NCBI RefSeq assembly: GCF_035594765.1
Contig: NW_026943821.1
Location: forward strand, 22,625,791-22,689,790
DNA: 64,000 bases
Source: Anolis carolinensis
Lineage: Eukaryota
Direction: 5' to 3'
In this document: positions 1 to 18,078 of the stretch, piece after piece
Layout of the letters: the number at the start of each line of letters is the position of its first letter
How positions within the stretch are numbered: the first letter of the stretch is position 1
Position numbers and translations under genes: made by a program
Notes under the pieces: generated by a model
Seen by the model: only the letters and a program-made list of their open reading frames with translations
Told to the model about the DNA's origin: nothing
Database searches by the model: none

Positions 1-3
1 ACA

Positions 4-66
4 GATTAATGATTGATATCTCCGGGTTTCATAATTCACAGCTTCACTTTGGACATCTTTATAAAT
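4..66 (+). promoter_or_regulatory. FABP10 proximal promoter: HNF1-like site and TATA box
   Basis: GATTAATGATTGA at 4-16 resembles the HNF1 consensus GTTAATNATTAAC; TATAAA at 60-65, about 85 bp upstream of the ATG. Confidence 0.6.
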
Positions 67-146
67 AGCACCTGGCGCCTTAGTCAATGCCCCTGTCCTT
101 TTCCTACCGGCTACTCCATTGTCTTAACATTCAGGATTACGGCAAA

Positions 147-3100
147 ATGGCATTCAACGGCACGTGGCAGGTCTATTCCCAGGAGAACTACGAAGATTTC
201 CTGAAGGCTATTGGTAAGCAACTGGTGGGCTATGTTATCAAAGGGGATTACATTCCTCCATAGAGCACCAATCCCTAAACTGAGGCCATCTAGATAGGTA
301 ACATGTCTCCTCATCCTCATCTTTGAGGGATAGGAACTGTTTTCTCGAAGACGCTGAGCTAGAGACCTTGCAAAACTACAACTCACATGATCCCATAGCA
401 TTGAGCCATGGCAGTTCTAGTGGTGCGAAACGGCATTAATTCTAGAGTGACCAAGAAGTTAAATGAATTTTTGGCCCAATCCAACAGGAGAACATTGATG
501 TCCATAATCCTTGCATTTTCAGTGCCTAACCAAAAGCATGGCTACTTATTTTTGGGATTCTGTTCTTCAGCTTTGCCCGATGATATCATCAAAGCCGCCA
601 AAGACGTCAAGCCGGTAACTGAAATCCGCCAGACGGGGAACACCTTCGTCGTCACCTCCAAGACCCCCAACAAGTCTGTCACAAACTCATTCACACTGGG
701 GAAAGAGGCGGACATGACCACCATGGACGGCAAGAAAGTCAAGGTAACTCACATTTACGTTGACCATATGATCGTGTTGGAGAGCCTATGAATACCTAGA
801 AAAATCGTCTCTAGGAATCTCTAAGTTCTCCACGATGACCAAACCATGTTAGAGGACCTACAAAAGGCTAGAGAAATGTTCTCTCTACGAATCTCTAGGT
901 CAGAGGTCCCCAAACTAAGGTCCGCAAGTCAGATGTGGCCCTCTGAGGTCATTTCCTTGGCCCCCGCCCTAAACTTTAGCTTAGGGTTACCCTAAGTCTG
1001 AAACAACTTGAAGGCACACAACAACAATCCTAATTGACTTGATTCTCTCATCAGCCAAAAGCAGCTCCATACTTCCCATTGAAATACTGGTATGTTTATG
1101 TTGGTGAAAGCTGTTTTTGCTTCTAAAGATTGTATTATTTTATGGGTTTTTTTGCACTACAAATAAGATATGTGCAGTGTGCATAAAAATGGTTCATTTC
1201 TTAAAATACAGCCCAGCCCACCAACAATTTTGGGGACTATGAACTGAACCTGGGCTTAAAAGGTTTGAGGACCCCTGCTCGATGTCTTCCAGGGCAGCTG
1301 ATGCATAACAATACAGAAAACCAATGAATGCAAACCAGTCTAGTCCAAGAGTGGGAATCATATAACCCTTCAGATGTTGTTGGACTGCAACTCCCAGCAT
1401 TGCTTCCCATTGACAATGGCTGGCTAAGGCAGTTGGCTGTAAAGTTCCCATTCCCTTTCCAATCCTTCTCCCTTTGTATTAATTTAATAATATGTGCGCC
1501 ATCCTGGGATCTTTTGATACTGGAAAGGAATCTGTGAAGAAGTAAAATAAATAACTACCCCCTTTATCTCCACTGCTCAATCAATTGTTCAACAACATCT
1601 TTTATTTCCTTATTCAAACAGTGCACAGTGAACCTGGTCAATGGGAAGCTGGTCGCCAAATCGGATAAATTTGTCCATGAACAGGAAATAGTAGGCAACG
1701 AAATGGTCGAGGTATGTAAATCTTGTGAATCTGAAGAAGAAATAGAAAGTTTATTTCTTTAAATCCAGATGTTCTACAAGCACCGCAGCTCCCACCATTT
1801 AGTTACACCAGGCATGGGCAAACTTCGCCCCTCCAGGTGTTTTGGACTTCAGCTCCCAAAATCCCTAACAGCCTACCGGCTGTTAGGAATTGTGGGAGTT
1901 GAAGTCCAAAACACCTGGAGGGCCAAAGTTTGTCCATGCCTGAGTTACACTGTTGTGGGATCTGCATCCCGAAAACATCTGGAGAACACCAGACTGCCTG
2001 TAGCTGTTGCAGAGTTTTCTTAACATAGATCTGTTAATTATTGTGTATATTAAATAAAAAATAATGTGTGGCATTTAAAAAAAGGATGATGATGATATCA
2101 ACAGCTGTGCTATCTGTCCTGGTCGTCTCGTTGTCTTGTCCTCGGTGTGTGGCTTTCTTCTGCCACTAATGGGTACATCTACACTATAGTATTAATGCAG
2201 TTTGGCACCTCTTAAACTTCCAAGGCTCAATGCTATGCCATCATGGGAGTTGTAGTTTTATAACGTCTTGAGCTTTCTCTGCCAAAGAGTGCTAGTGGTT
2301 CAACAAAGTTACAACTCCCAGGATTCCGTAGCATTGAGCCATGGAAGTTCAAGTGATGTCAAAACTGCATTAATTCCACAGTGTAGATGCACCCTAACTC
2401 TGTTCCTATTTGTGATCACATTCCATTGATTTCCTAATTTACTTTCCCCAATCTGGTACTACAAACCTCACCATCCCCATCCATTGGGTCTACCATGTTG
2501 ACTGGGAATGATGATACATGTAGTCCTTTCCATCCGGATGGGATAGAGAAAAGGTGCTATGAATGATTATCTGCAGTCATTCCAGTTCTAAGTTTCATAA
2601 GGGTAAAAGTAATAACAACAACAACAACAATAATAACTTTATTCTTATACCCCACCACCATCTCCCCAAAGGGACTTGGGGCGGCTTACATGGGGACAAG
2701 CCCAACAGTAACATTCGGTTAAAACATGATTTATGAATAAAAGCAATGCAAACAATAAATATACATAAAACTACATAAAACATAGCCATTTCTTTAAAAT
2801 CTAACCACAGATACTGCATATGCAGAGGGAGACTTGCGCAGGACCCTGTGCAGGGTTCGTGGATAGTATTGGGAGGTTTTCCCCTGACCTTAAGTCTAGT
2901 CATGTCCAACTCTGGGGGTTGATGCTCATCTCCATCTCTAAGCCAAAGAGCCAGCGTTGTCCATAGACACCTTCTAGGTCATGTGGCCACTGGCATGACT
3001 GCATGGAGCGCCGTTACCTTCCCGCCGGAGTGGTACCTATTGATCTACTTACATTTGTATGGTTTCAAATTGCTGGGTTGGCAAAAGCTGGGGCTAACAG

Positions 3101-3307
3101 CTGGAGCTCACTCTGTTCTCCAGATTTGAACTGCCGACCTTTCGTTCAGCAAGTTCAGCAGCTCAGCGGTTTAACCCGCTGTGCCACGGGGGGCTCTAAG
3201 TTTAATAAATAATTAGAAATAATAATAGATTACACAGCTTTCTTCTTTTTCCACAGACTATAACATCTGGTTCAGCAACATTTACCAGGAGAAGCAAGAA
3301 GGTTTAA
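147..3307 (+). CDS. FABP10: Liver basic fatty acid-binding protein (Lb-FABP / FABP10), 126 aa, 4 exons
   Basis: Exons 147-213, 571-743, 1622-1711, 3257-3307, all GT-AG, 381 nt. Translation [133 protein letters not shown] motif and canonical 4-exon layout; resembles non-mammalian liver-basic FABP. Confidence 0.92.
901..1277. mobile_element. Non-autonomous hAT DNA transposon
   Basis: Termini CAGAGGTCCCCAAACT ... GTTTGAGGACCCCTG; degenerate 8-bp TSD (CTCTAGGT / CTCGATGT). Confidence 0.7.
1809..1942. mobile_element. Palindromic hAT MITE (~134 bp)
   Basis: Near-perfect hairpin CAGGCATGGGCAAACTT...AAGTTTGTCCATGCCTG flanked by a perfect 8-bp TSD AGTTACAC (1801-1808, 1943-1950). Related copies or fragments at about 4123-4250, 5030, 5880, 42330, 53870 and 56577. 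Confidence 0.85.
2874..3196 (-). mobile_element. Sauria SINE
   Basis: Matches the other copies in the window (tRNA-like head GAGCCCCC..GTGGCACAGCGGGTTAAA, body GTGAGTAGATCAATAGGTAC, end CAGGGGAAAACC). Confidence 0.8.
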
Positions 3308-3412
3308 AGCAGAGAGGAAGGATGCCTCCGTTTATTAGTACAGCCGACCATCTGTATCCACAGATCCTGCACCTACTGATTCCACCATCCATGGCTTGAA
3401 AATATATATATA

Positions 3413-3729
3413 CAGTAGAGTCTCACTTATCCAAGCTAAATGGGCCAGCAGAACCATGGATGAGCGAATATCTTGGATAATACGGAGAGATTGAGGAAAA
3501 GCCTATTAAACATCAAATTAGTTTATGATTTTACAAATTAAGCACCAAAACATCATGTTATACAACAAATTTGACAGAAAAGATAGTTCAATACGCAGTA
3601 ATGTTATTTTGTAATTACTGTATTTACGAATTTAGCCCCAAAATATCACGATATATTGAAAACATTGACTACAAAAATGCATTGAATAATCCAGAACCTT
3701 GGATAAGCGAGTCTTGGATGATTCTACTG
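3413..3729. mobile_element. Tc1/mariner-superfamily MITE (~320 bp, TIR CAGTAGAGTCTCACTTATCCAA)
   Basis: TA-flanked terminal inverted repeats. Further copies at 5209-5744, 17400-18078, 28905-29211, 41981-42300, 42385-42707, 52845-53167, 53229-53547, 62805-63127, 63526-63847 and 63884-64000 (partial). Confidence 0.8.
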
Positions 3730-4439
3730 TATATACATAAAACCCAAAAAACAAACCTTAATTTGGCCATATCCTATAAAGAGACACCATGTTACTCCAC
3801 CATTGTATATAATGGGATTTGAGCATCCAGGGATCTGGGTGTGGATACCGATATTTTTATATTTGGATAATAAAGTACTCTGTATATCATGGATATCGTC
3901 TGGATTCGTTTCCTTTACCGAAATGCTAAGTACTTTTGGCTGAATCTGCACTGTAGAATTAATGCAGTTTGATTCCACTTGGCTCAATGATCTGAGATCC
4001 CGGGAGCTGTCGTTTTACAAGGTCTGCAGCCTTCTCTGCCAAACTACATCTCCCAAGGTTCCATAGCATTGGATCATAGTCATTAAAGTGGTGTCAAACT
4101 GCATTAACAATACAGTGTAGATCAGGCATGGGCAAACTTGGGCCCTCCAGGTGTTTTGGACTTCAACTCCCACAATTCCTAACAGCCTACCGGCTGTTAG
4201 GAATTGTGGGAGTTGAAGTCCAAAACACCTGGAGGGCCCAAGTTTGCCCATATTATTCCACTAAATCCAGTTTCTGCCACCTGAGGAATTCTGGGACTTG
4301 TAGTTTAAGGGCTTTTAAAATACTCCGCCAGAGAGTTTCTGGGTCTCACTAAACTACAAACCTCAGAATTCTGCAGCAAACCGGATTTAAAGCGGATCCA
4401 TGCTCATTTGTAGTGAAGGCCCAAAGCCTGGGAAACATT

Positions 4440-4770
4440 CACACTGGTTGCCAATAGCAACCGGCAACCCTTTCCCCATTGGCTGAGCAGCACCCGCGCT
4501 GGGAAAGCGGGAAAAGAGCGTCCGCGTGCGCATGCGTCAAGAGGCGGCAGCCCCGCGCGCCTGCGCAAGGAAGCCAATCAAGCGGGTTAGAGCATGCGCC
4601 TTGGTCAAGGCTTCCCGCCTGCTATTGTGATTGTGTGGGGAGGGGGGTTAAATCTCGCGAGAGTGCGCGAGCGCGCCAGGAGGCGGTTGGTGGCGCGCCG
4701 GCTTGCTTTCCTCGCTCCTGCCTTCCTTCAGGCCTCGTCGGCGGGCTTTTTTTTTTTCCCTCAGGGCCGT
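4440..4770 (+). promoter_or_regulatory. SRSF10 CpG-island promoter
   Basis: CpG-rich; RFX X-box GTTGCCAATAGCAAC 4447-4461; NRF1-like GCGCATGCG near 4528; CCAAT near 4574; palindrome TCTCGCGAGA (BANP/ZBTB33 motif) 4653-4662. Confidence 0.75.
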
Positions 4771-4771
4771 C

Positions 4772-9219
<4,448 letters not shown>

Positions 9220-12200
9220 GCTAGTCCCAAATGCAGTGGCCACTAACCATGTACATTGTTTTTTAGGCATGTATTATTATAGAGTTACACAGTTGAGTTA
9301 CGATGTTGCAACATTGCTTTAAAATATTTTTGTCACCCCTGTAGGAGTCTATTACTATTAAAATACAGTATTAAAAATCTTACACAAGAGTCCATCTTCT
9401 TAAATGTAATGGGCAGCTATGAGGTCCTTGTGGTGTTTCTATGTATATTTTTGTAAAAGACTTGCATTTTTATGCTTCAGGCATCTACGGTACCTTGGCT
9501 TTCATCCTCATTGACCCCATTGTCCTAACAACATCATCATTAAAGGATAACTAGTCCCTATGTAATATGTCCAGTAATCCCCTGCAGCTGGAAAACTGAG
9601 CAGCTATTATGCAGCCGTGACTGCTGTGAAATATAGATGAGCTACTTGAATGAAGGAGGGAAGGGTTTGCCATCCCGACTTGAGCCAAGATGGCCTGCTC
9701 ACAGGATATTGTAACATGGAATTGGGTACTCGTTGATATTGCTGAAGTTATGGTTCTGGTAGTGTTAGAATGGAGCAAAAAAAAAGGCCATATCGAAAGC
9801 TTATTGTGAATTTTGTCAGGAATACAGGTGCTTCCTTTAGACAAATCTCTTAACCCTTGAAGGCTAAAATATTCACTTATAAATTAAGTAAATGTGAATA
9901 CATTGTATTCTGTGTAACATAGGTTTTAGCAAGCAGTTGATCACAAATTTCTTAGGTTTTCTTATTATATTAAGTGCAGATGAAACATGATAGTGTCTGC
10001 AGTAAATAGAAATATACTTTGATATTTGGTTGCTTGTGTATTCATAAACTCCAAGCATAATGGACAATTTGAGTTCATACATCAGGGCCTATCATAGGTT
10101 GAACAAGATTCTGTTCAGGAAGATTACCAAAAAAAATAATGCTCCAGTTACAGTATCACGTGTCTTCTGAGTTTACACTGAATGTGAAGAGCTGCTGCTT
10201 TTCCTTTTGGCTTTATAAATGCGAAAAGTTGCCATGGCATATCTGAAAGTATTCTTGAGAAAGTTGTATTAGTTTTTCTCTTGAAACATTGATGCCAATA
10301 TCAAAATATTTTTTTGCTTCTGTTCACTAGAATTGAGTGTTGGTTTCTGTATAAAATTTAAGTTTTATTAACTCCAGCCAACCACATAAGAATAAAGGTG
10401 GCTTTTTCAATTCTAGTTGTGGGAAATGCCTAAAGAGGGTTGATTCTAGGACCTTTGTATATTTGATAATATTTCTAACTTTCGTTTCATGTTTAATGTT
10501 AGTGTTCCTGCTATGCAATCACTTACATATTGTGTTCTTTACTTTTTTGTAGACGTCTCCCTGATGTATAGTTGAAAACAAACTGTACAATTGTAGCATT
10601 TCTGTGCAGCTCTGGTCAGAAGAAAGTTGTGGAAATAAACTTTGTATTTCCTTTCTTATAGAGGCTTCTAAAGGGGTATTTTTATATGTTCTTTTAAAAA
10701 TATTGTGTACTGCTTTAAAACATCAATTGTTTGAATCAAGGAAGAACTAGTTTATTTTGCTTGCTGTAAATTTGGCAAACATGCTACAATAAACATAAGG
10801 AATAGAAACTCTAAATCTTGTAATAGTAAAATTTTAACTGACAAGAATTCAGAACAGGTATATCTTTGTGGGTAAAAGATACATTTTTAACATTTGTCTT
10901 CTAAGGCTGGGATAGGTTATATTTCTTAGTGTACCAACAATTTTCAGTCAGAAGCTTGGTTGTCTTAACATTTTTTCTTCAGAGATAGTTGCTTTCATTT
11001 TAAAAAAGCAAGCTCGATCAGGTGTCACATATACCCTTTCTGTTAATTATGTTAATTACAGAAGTATATTTACAGCTCTAAGCTGCTTATGAGTCCAAGT
11101 TAGAATTTTTCCTCTTTGAAATAAAGGCAGCACTAAAAAGATTGGCAGCTGTACCAAACCAGGTCTTTGATCTCAAGGATAAATATTGGTTCTCTCATCC
11201 ATGATGGGAAGAAATGTCCTATCCCGTTCAGCTTGACTGCTTTTGGAGATCCCTCAGTTAATAAAGCTATGTACTTTGTTAAATGAGATCCACAATATGA
11301 ACACTAAACCTTGAAGAGATAATCACCAGTACACCTGGAGGCTTGTATTTGGAAGAAAGTTGGGTTTCAGCTTCCAAGTGAGATTTTAGGCTTTGTTTCC
11401 TTTCACGCCCATTTATTTGTTCAACAGTCCATAATGTGCCACATTTGAAATGAGCCGATTTCCCTCCTGACTTTTATCTAGTTCCTTACCAGCCACAATT
11501 CTACTTTTGAACATTTCTTAAACTTCATTAGTCATTGCATTTTCTTCCTAGTTCCTTTATTAATACTTTCTGAATGTAATCCCAGTTTCCATATACACAG
11601 TACAGTCTCCATTGAGACATTTTCCCCATGATAACAGTTCTTCCAGGGGTGAAGTTACTTGTGAGCATCTTATTTACAATGGCCTCAGGCATAAGGAAAA
11701 TATAGATTGTATATGAGCCTATGAGAACTGTTTTTCCCCTTCTATGCCAGCCAAAACAGATCAATGCTACCATAATCCTCCAAATTCCCCAATACATTTG
11801 GTTATACCATATAAAAAATATGTCAATCCAACTTAAACGGATTGAGTTAATTCCACTGTTACGTTTTCTGCTTGAATACATAAACACATAAAAGAGGTAC
11901 ACCATATATTAAATAAGACAACACATTGTAGGGGGAGAAAAGGTTAGGGATTTTATTTAAATTTTGTTTCCAATTCATATCTGAGCAGTAGATCAAAATA
12001 CAAAATTTAGAACATCGAAATTACATCTGGGATATAGCAATTTTAAAATATCAGGAAAAAATCTGGGATATAGGACAAAATAATTTTGAGTAAAATATCC
12101 AATTTATTTGGCTTCTTGGGGAATGCTTTTTAAAATCCTGTCTGCAAAAAATTCAAATATATAAGTAGCTAAGATAGGATGCCTGAGACGGACTACCATT

Positions 12201-14196
12201 GGAAATTATTAGTACTGCCATTTGGTAATTCACTGTGAAGAGCTTTAGTGTCTTCAGGCCACTGATATACTTAGGCACTATAAACATTTCAGATGTCACC
12301 ATGTTTTAAAGATGGGTGTCACCAAAGTTTAGAAGATGACCAAACCAAGAAACAGTTTCTACAAGGCAATCGAGTGACCTTATACAAAACTGCCAAGAAA
12401 AGTGCAAAGATAAAATTCATACTTCAAACCTAAATATAAAATCCAATAGGAGTCACAGGAGAATAAGCCTTCACAAAAACAAGACGGAATCTTAGCATCC
12501 AGGACACTGAAGTTTCTTAATATTCATTTGTCTCTATTCAAGTTACAATTAAATAAAGAGCAATCGATGTACTTGCTTCAGTCTAAACATTAAGATTTAC
12601 TTTAATCCAAAAAACCCGGTGTTCAAATAAAGGGTATTGGCTGAAACCTGAGGATACTGTTCAGCTCCACAGAGTTTTGCTCCTGTTAAGTAAGCAGGGT
12701 AATGCACCCATAAAATTTCAAAAATTGTTTTTGTTTTACCTTTTTAAAACATGTTTTCCATACCCAGTTGACTTTAAAGCCCAACTTATCAGTTATGTTA
12801 TAAATGGGCATGTACTTTTGCTGGTACTTGAAGTGCAATGGCACAAACATGTGCTTTCGGTTTTTTGCTTTTTTTAACAAAATTATGTTTTTTTAAAAAA
12901 AAAACCATCGTGCCATACATTTAAGCATGGTCTTTTTTACATTCAGCAATTTTATACTAAAAATATTTTATTTTGGCAGGAAAGCCCAGCATATATTTAC
13001 ATATGCTACAAGTTTTACATGTATTTACATGGCTCTTTCTTCCATATCTAAAATATTTCACTTTTGCTAAACAGGCTTATATTACATGCTCTTCAATTTC
13101 AGACTGGCCTCAACACTTCAGCAGATGATACAGAACACAAAATGTGTTTCAAACACAGTTCTGTGAAATTCTCTGTTTAGTAAAACACTTAAAATGCTTT
13201 TGGCAGTCACCTGGAGATAGAAAGGTTATTCAAATTGGCACACACATAAGCTGCTTGTGTTCAATATAATACATATCTAGGCATGTGCTGTAAAAAAAAA
13301 CAAAGAGATCAACTACATGCCCACGTTTCTATTCTTACTCAAGAAATGTTAAACAGACTGAAATTTCCTAATGTAAGTATTTTACATTTTAGTCACATTT
13401 TGGATAAGATAGATGCCTGCCCAAACTGCCATTCCAAGTGAGGGGATCATGGGTTACAAAGTGCTTGCCTTATCCGCAAGGGTTCTGTTCCAGGACCTGC
13501 CACAGAAATAAAAACTGGATGATCATACCCAATGTTATTAAATGGCAGCAATGCACCATCACTTACTAACATGAGGCATGATGATCTGATGGAAATCACG
13601 GATCAAGAGGACTCACTGTGTTTCGTAAACTAAGACACACACATTACAATGTAGATAGCATAAATGTAGGTGTCTTATACTTTTTAAAAACCTAAATGTT
13701 GTAAGAAATTAGGATACTAATTTGACATTTAATGCTTACACTATTTCACAGTATGTGGGCAAATTAAATCTATTTTGCAACTGTACTGCACTGCAATGGC
13801 TAGAAATTTGGTTGGCTGGCACTGATTTCAAGTCTCCTGAAAAAGGCATGCACAATGAAGCAATTTGAAGACAAAAAGCAATTGAAATTTAAATGGTCAA
13901 AAAACCCGAAAATGATGGCCTGACACATTCTGACTATATTGATTTGTGATACTGCAGCAGTAGCAAAGAGAACAGGAAACTAAGCTGAACGAACACACAC
14001 TTGCACACATACATTGACCAAAGAGTCAATGGGAAGGGCTCTTCCCATCATCCATAATTCAACCACCTACTAACACAGTTAACCTATTTCTATAAGATGT
14101 GCCTCTGTATTCATTTTGGAAACTACCACTGGATACATCCTGTGCGATATAAAACTATGTGTGCCATTTTTCCCAATGTACAGTTAATGTGGTATC

Positions 14197-14613
14197 TCAA
14201 GCCTGAACTTTAAGCAAGGTCTTAAGTTGAAAAGTCATGATTTCTTTGTCAGCGGGATTAAGCGAAACAGACACCCAGTGGCTTGGCGGTTTGGGGAGAA
14301 CACTTGGAGATGGTGGCTCACTAAATTTCGCCCCAGCGTAGTTCTGATTGGCTTGAGGTATGAAGAGTGAGTGGGATAAAGCTGGATTCCAAGTCTGGTT
14401 GGTTGGGAAATGTATTGTGTTCTTTCCCCCATTTTGCATGGCCTGCCATGCCACAGATGATGGAGTGCATCCGTGTCCCCTCTCCTTTTTGTGGATCTTT
14501 TTCATCTGGGAATTTTGATCTTTGCTTTTTTTCCTGTTGTTCAATTGCTGATGGTTCTTGGTAGCATTTCTGGGCTGGCTAGATGAAATGTTGAACCTTT
14601 CCCCACCGCCCAT
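14197..14613 (-). CDS. PNRC2: Proline-rich nuclear receptor coactivator 2, 138 aa, single coding exon
   Basis: MGGGERFNI...[24 protein letters not shown]...LKTLLKVQA: SH3-binding SEPPSPS motif and C-terminal LKTLL NR box. The exon starts at 14631 after a TAG acceptor. Confidence 0.96.
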   Translation of the reverse strand: MGGGERFNISSSQPRNATKNHQQLNNRKKSKDQNSQMKKIHKKERGHGCTPSSVAWQAMQNGGKNTIHFPTNQTWNPALSHSLFIPQANQNYAGAKFSEPPSPSVLPKPPSHWVSVSLNPADKEIMTFQLKTLLKVQA

Positions 14614-15962
14614 CTCCAACTTAAGTGTCACCTACCAAGGGGAGAAAGAAGAGCAGAGGTTAATGCCAAAGAAAATCAAAGCTTTACCTGAAGAAACACT
14701 GAGTATCGTAAGGAAAACCTTTTCTAGAAGAGATTAAATTATACATACTAGTGGTGTGCTTTTTTTTTGTAAATTGTATTCAATTTGTACTTACAATGCA
14801 ATATCCGACGCACCTGAATGGCCCGCTCCAAAAATTTATTTTAAAAAACTTGATACTTTTTCGTTTGCATTTTATAAATCTCAGAAGCCTCCCAAAGTCA
14901 GTTTTATTTTCAGTGCAAGGAAGCCAAAAAGGCTACCATTCCTCTTTAAATTAAGAAGAGATAGGCTGCCTCTTGCCATGAGGAGAGGAAAGCAGCAGCG
15001 CAGGACAAGCTGAATGAGTTGGGAAAGAGACAGAGAGTAAAAAATTCTTGGAAATGTAGTTTGGGAAGGAGAGGAGCCCTATGCCAGAAAATTCAAAAGG
15101 CCCTGCCCTAAACTACATTTCCCAGAATTCTACTCAGCATTGAAACGCTCCAATCAGGATAGGAGAGATTTGACCCTTCGTAGTAGCAGCCAGCTAGTGG
15201 ATAAGTGAAATGTTCTGAAACTTGGTGTGCTAACAGTGGTAAATGTGTACTACCATTGCAGCAAGTTTTACACCAATAGCTGTAAAATGAGGGAGCAATA
15301 TAGTAAGGAATTTTTCACTAATGATATATTGGAAACTAAACACTAGCACCCCCTAATTTTGTAGTAAGTTGAAAATTTTTTTCATTGATTGCACAGCCCT
15401 AATACATACCATCTGAAAACAAAACAATCAAAATGGCTTTATGGTCCTTGTGATCTTAAGGTTTAGTTAAAAGGAGCTTGATAAGCTGCAGCTGGTAACC
15501 AATTGCTATATACATCCAATTCAAAGTATAACAGAATGGAATGGCTTGCAAATAAGACACTTCTGACATTAAATTGCCACAGAACACATTTTAATCAAAA
15601 GAACACTCCTGGAGTCATCAGGTCATGTCTAAACCGCCAAACCCTTTTCTTTTATTCAGTTTTTGTCAATCTTGGGTCGTTTCTAGCACATTCTTTTTTT
15701 CCAGGTCACATAAAAATATAGCATGCCCTTATATAATACATATATTCTATTACAAAAACTTACAACAATTAAAGTACCCTTAATAAAGGATTTTGATCCA
15801 TTACTTCCAAGAACACGTGTTTGAAATATACTGTATACTGTACACAGTGGACCTCCAGTCCCTCACTACAATACGACTTGCAGGATTCCGAAAGCTTGAC
15901 GAAACAGGATGCAGCACTTTCAGTTTGCTTGTCATATTCCAACACAATTTTGTTCCGTTTAC

Positions 15963-16164
15963 CTTTCAGTTCTCTTTTCAGACTCAACAGACTCCACCTC
16001 CTGCGCTCTTTCCTGCTGCCAGACCTGAAAGAACAAATGCTGATTCCTGTTGGACCCCTTCCTTTGGCTAGAAATTGTAGTTCTCATGGGATGACTTGCT
16101 GTTTTCTGCCAGGAAACCGAGCCCAACATCGGATTCTTGGCACACGGGCTTCAAGAGCAGAAGT
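15963..16164 (-). other. PNRC2: Probable non-coding 5'UTR exon 2 of PNRC2
   Basis: On the minus strand, acceptor TTTTGTTTTCAG before 16164 and donor AAG|GTAAAC after 15963; unique, TE-free sequence. Confidence 0.6.
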
Positions 16165-17540
16165 CTGAAAACAAAAGTCAAGAGATGGTTTCTAGTAAGA
16201 AACATAGTTTAGAGGAGATTGAAATGTACCAGTATCTCTTAAAAAACTGTAAGCATAACTAGTGGGGTTTTTTTTTAATCTAGGATTATAACCTATGAAA
16301 AATAGGGATGCCAGAATTAATCTGAACTCCTTTGTTTGCAAACATTACTCCTCCTAGCCAAGATTGCATAGCAAGAGAAATTTCCCACAGTTCAGATAAA
16401 ACATTTTCCGAATGCTCAACTACATACTCCCACAGTAAGAGAAAGACGTATATCTATTTTTCAAATAAAGGCAAGACTCTTCAATTCCTTTTACACACTT
16501 TCCAAGGCTAAATGACCCCCTGATGCATTCACAAAATGTGTACATCACGACTCCATAAACAAATCATTTACTCAATGGCACAGAGTTCTACATGCCTTTA
16601 AAAAAATCTTTTCTGCTATGATCATAGGTCCCGGGTTCCAAAGCCAGCAGCATCATCTTCAATAATCTATTACTTATTACCACTGTGTTCCTTCCCCGCC
16701 CCAGTTTTGTCACCCTCTTGAAACACACCATCACAAGGGGGAATTTCCTGGACTGAATCAGAGGAAAGAAACTGCTTTCCACACAATGCAAGCAGCCACT
16801 TTCCACCCTTCATTAATCTCTACCAGTTTCTAATCCTAATCGCTAAAAATGATCCTTTCCCTATCATGCCAAAAATTAACACCCATGATGCCTTAGTTGA
16901 AACATTGCTTACAGAGAATGTATATGTATCATTGTCACTGTGATCTATACATACTATCTACATATCTACATACATCAGACTCCCCAGTAATGCCAGATAG
17001 CTGCTTCAGGAGCAGAGTAGTTCTGTCTCTATATCCCGCTCCTGACCTTTAAACCAGTTGAAGTTTCTGAACACTCTTCTGGGGTAGACCCCAGGTAGAG
17101 TGCATTACAGTAATCTGGCCTGGATGTGACTAAGGCGTGTACTACCATGTCTCCACGGCGCAGTATTTTTTAAAACCCAGTACAATTTTAACCTGTATAT
17201 TTATTTCTTGTGATATCATTTTTTTGTTTATGATTATTGGTTATATGTGATGTCTTTTGTCTTTTTGGTTTCTGCTCATGTATGTATTGTCTTGATTTTG
17301 TTGTGAGCTGCCCATAGTCCTTGTGGAGAGGGAACAGGATATAAAGTCTATTAGTATTAAATAGATATAGAAATAATAATAATAATAATAAACAGTATAC
17401 AGTAGAGTCTCACTTATCCAACCTCCACTTATCCAATGATCTGTATTATCCAATGCAGTCGGCCTTTTAATAGTCAATGTCTTTGTAGTCAATGTTTTCA
17501 ATACATTACAATATTTTAGTGCTAAATTCTTAAATACTGT

Positions 17541-17877
17541 ACAGTTCTCCCTCAGTTATCACTGGGGTTAGGTTCCAGGACCACCCGCAATAAGTGAAAA
17601 TCTGCAAAGTAGGGACACTATATTTATTTTAATATTCATACATTATTTTAGTAGTTATACACTGTTTTAAGTCTTTATCAACCAATCGTGTGTTGATAAA
17701 TCGCCTCCTTCTCCTCCCGTTGCCACTTGGGCTCCTTTTCTCTCCCTTTGGCTTCTCCTTCCTCAGGTTGTAAATTGTAATTTTGTATGATTTCTAATAG
17801 TATTTTAGAGTTAATTGAAAAACCGCAAAACAGCAAATCCGCGAAAAGTGAACTACGAAGTAGTGAGGGAACATTGT
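17541..17877. mobile_element. Tigger/pogo-like MITE nested inside the 17400-18078 MITE
   Basis: TA-flanked termini CAGTTCTCCCTC... / ...GAGGGAACATTG; the host MITE sequence resumes after it. Confidence 0.6.
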
Positions 17878-18078
17878 AATTCCTACATTGTTACCGTGTA
17901 TTGAACTGCTTTTTCTGTCTATTTGTTGTAAAACATGATGTTTTGGTGCTTAATTTGTAAAATCACAATGTAATGTAATGTTTAGTAGGCTTTTCCTTAA
18001 TCTCTCTTTATTATCCAATATTTTCACTTATCCAATGTTCTGTTGGCCAGTTTATGTTGGATGAGTGAGACTCTACTG

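Noticed and set aside
2300-2345. ACTACAACTCCCA-like ZNF143/Staf motifs repeated through the window
   Set aside because: They occur inside a dispersed repeat family, not at promoters; there is no evidence of function.
3571-3822. Recurrent short ORFs of the type MTEKVVQY...ENIDYKN (also 42510, 52773, 53162, 63423)
   Set aside because: Chance frames within the non-coding MITE family, with no transposase motifs.
14614-14631. N-terminal extension MTLKLE of PNRC2 in the ORF track
   Set aside because: Starts at a GTG at the exon boundary; the conserved start is MGGGER at 14613.
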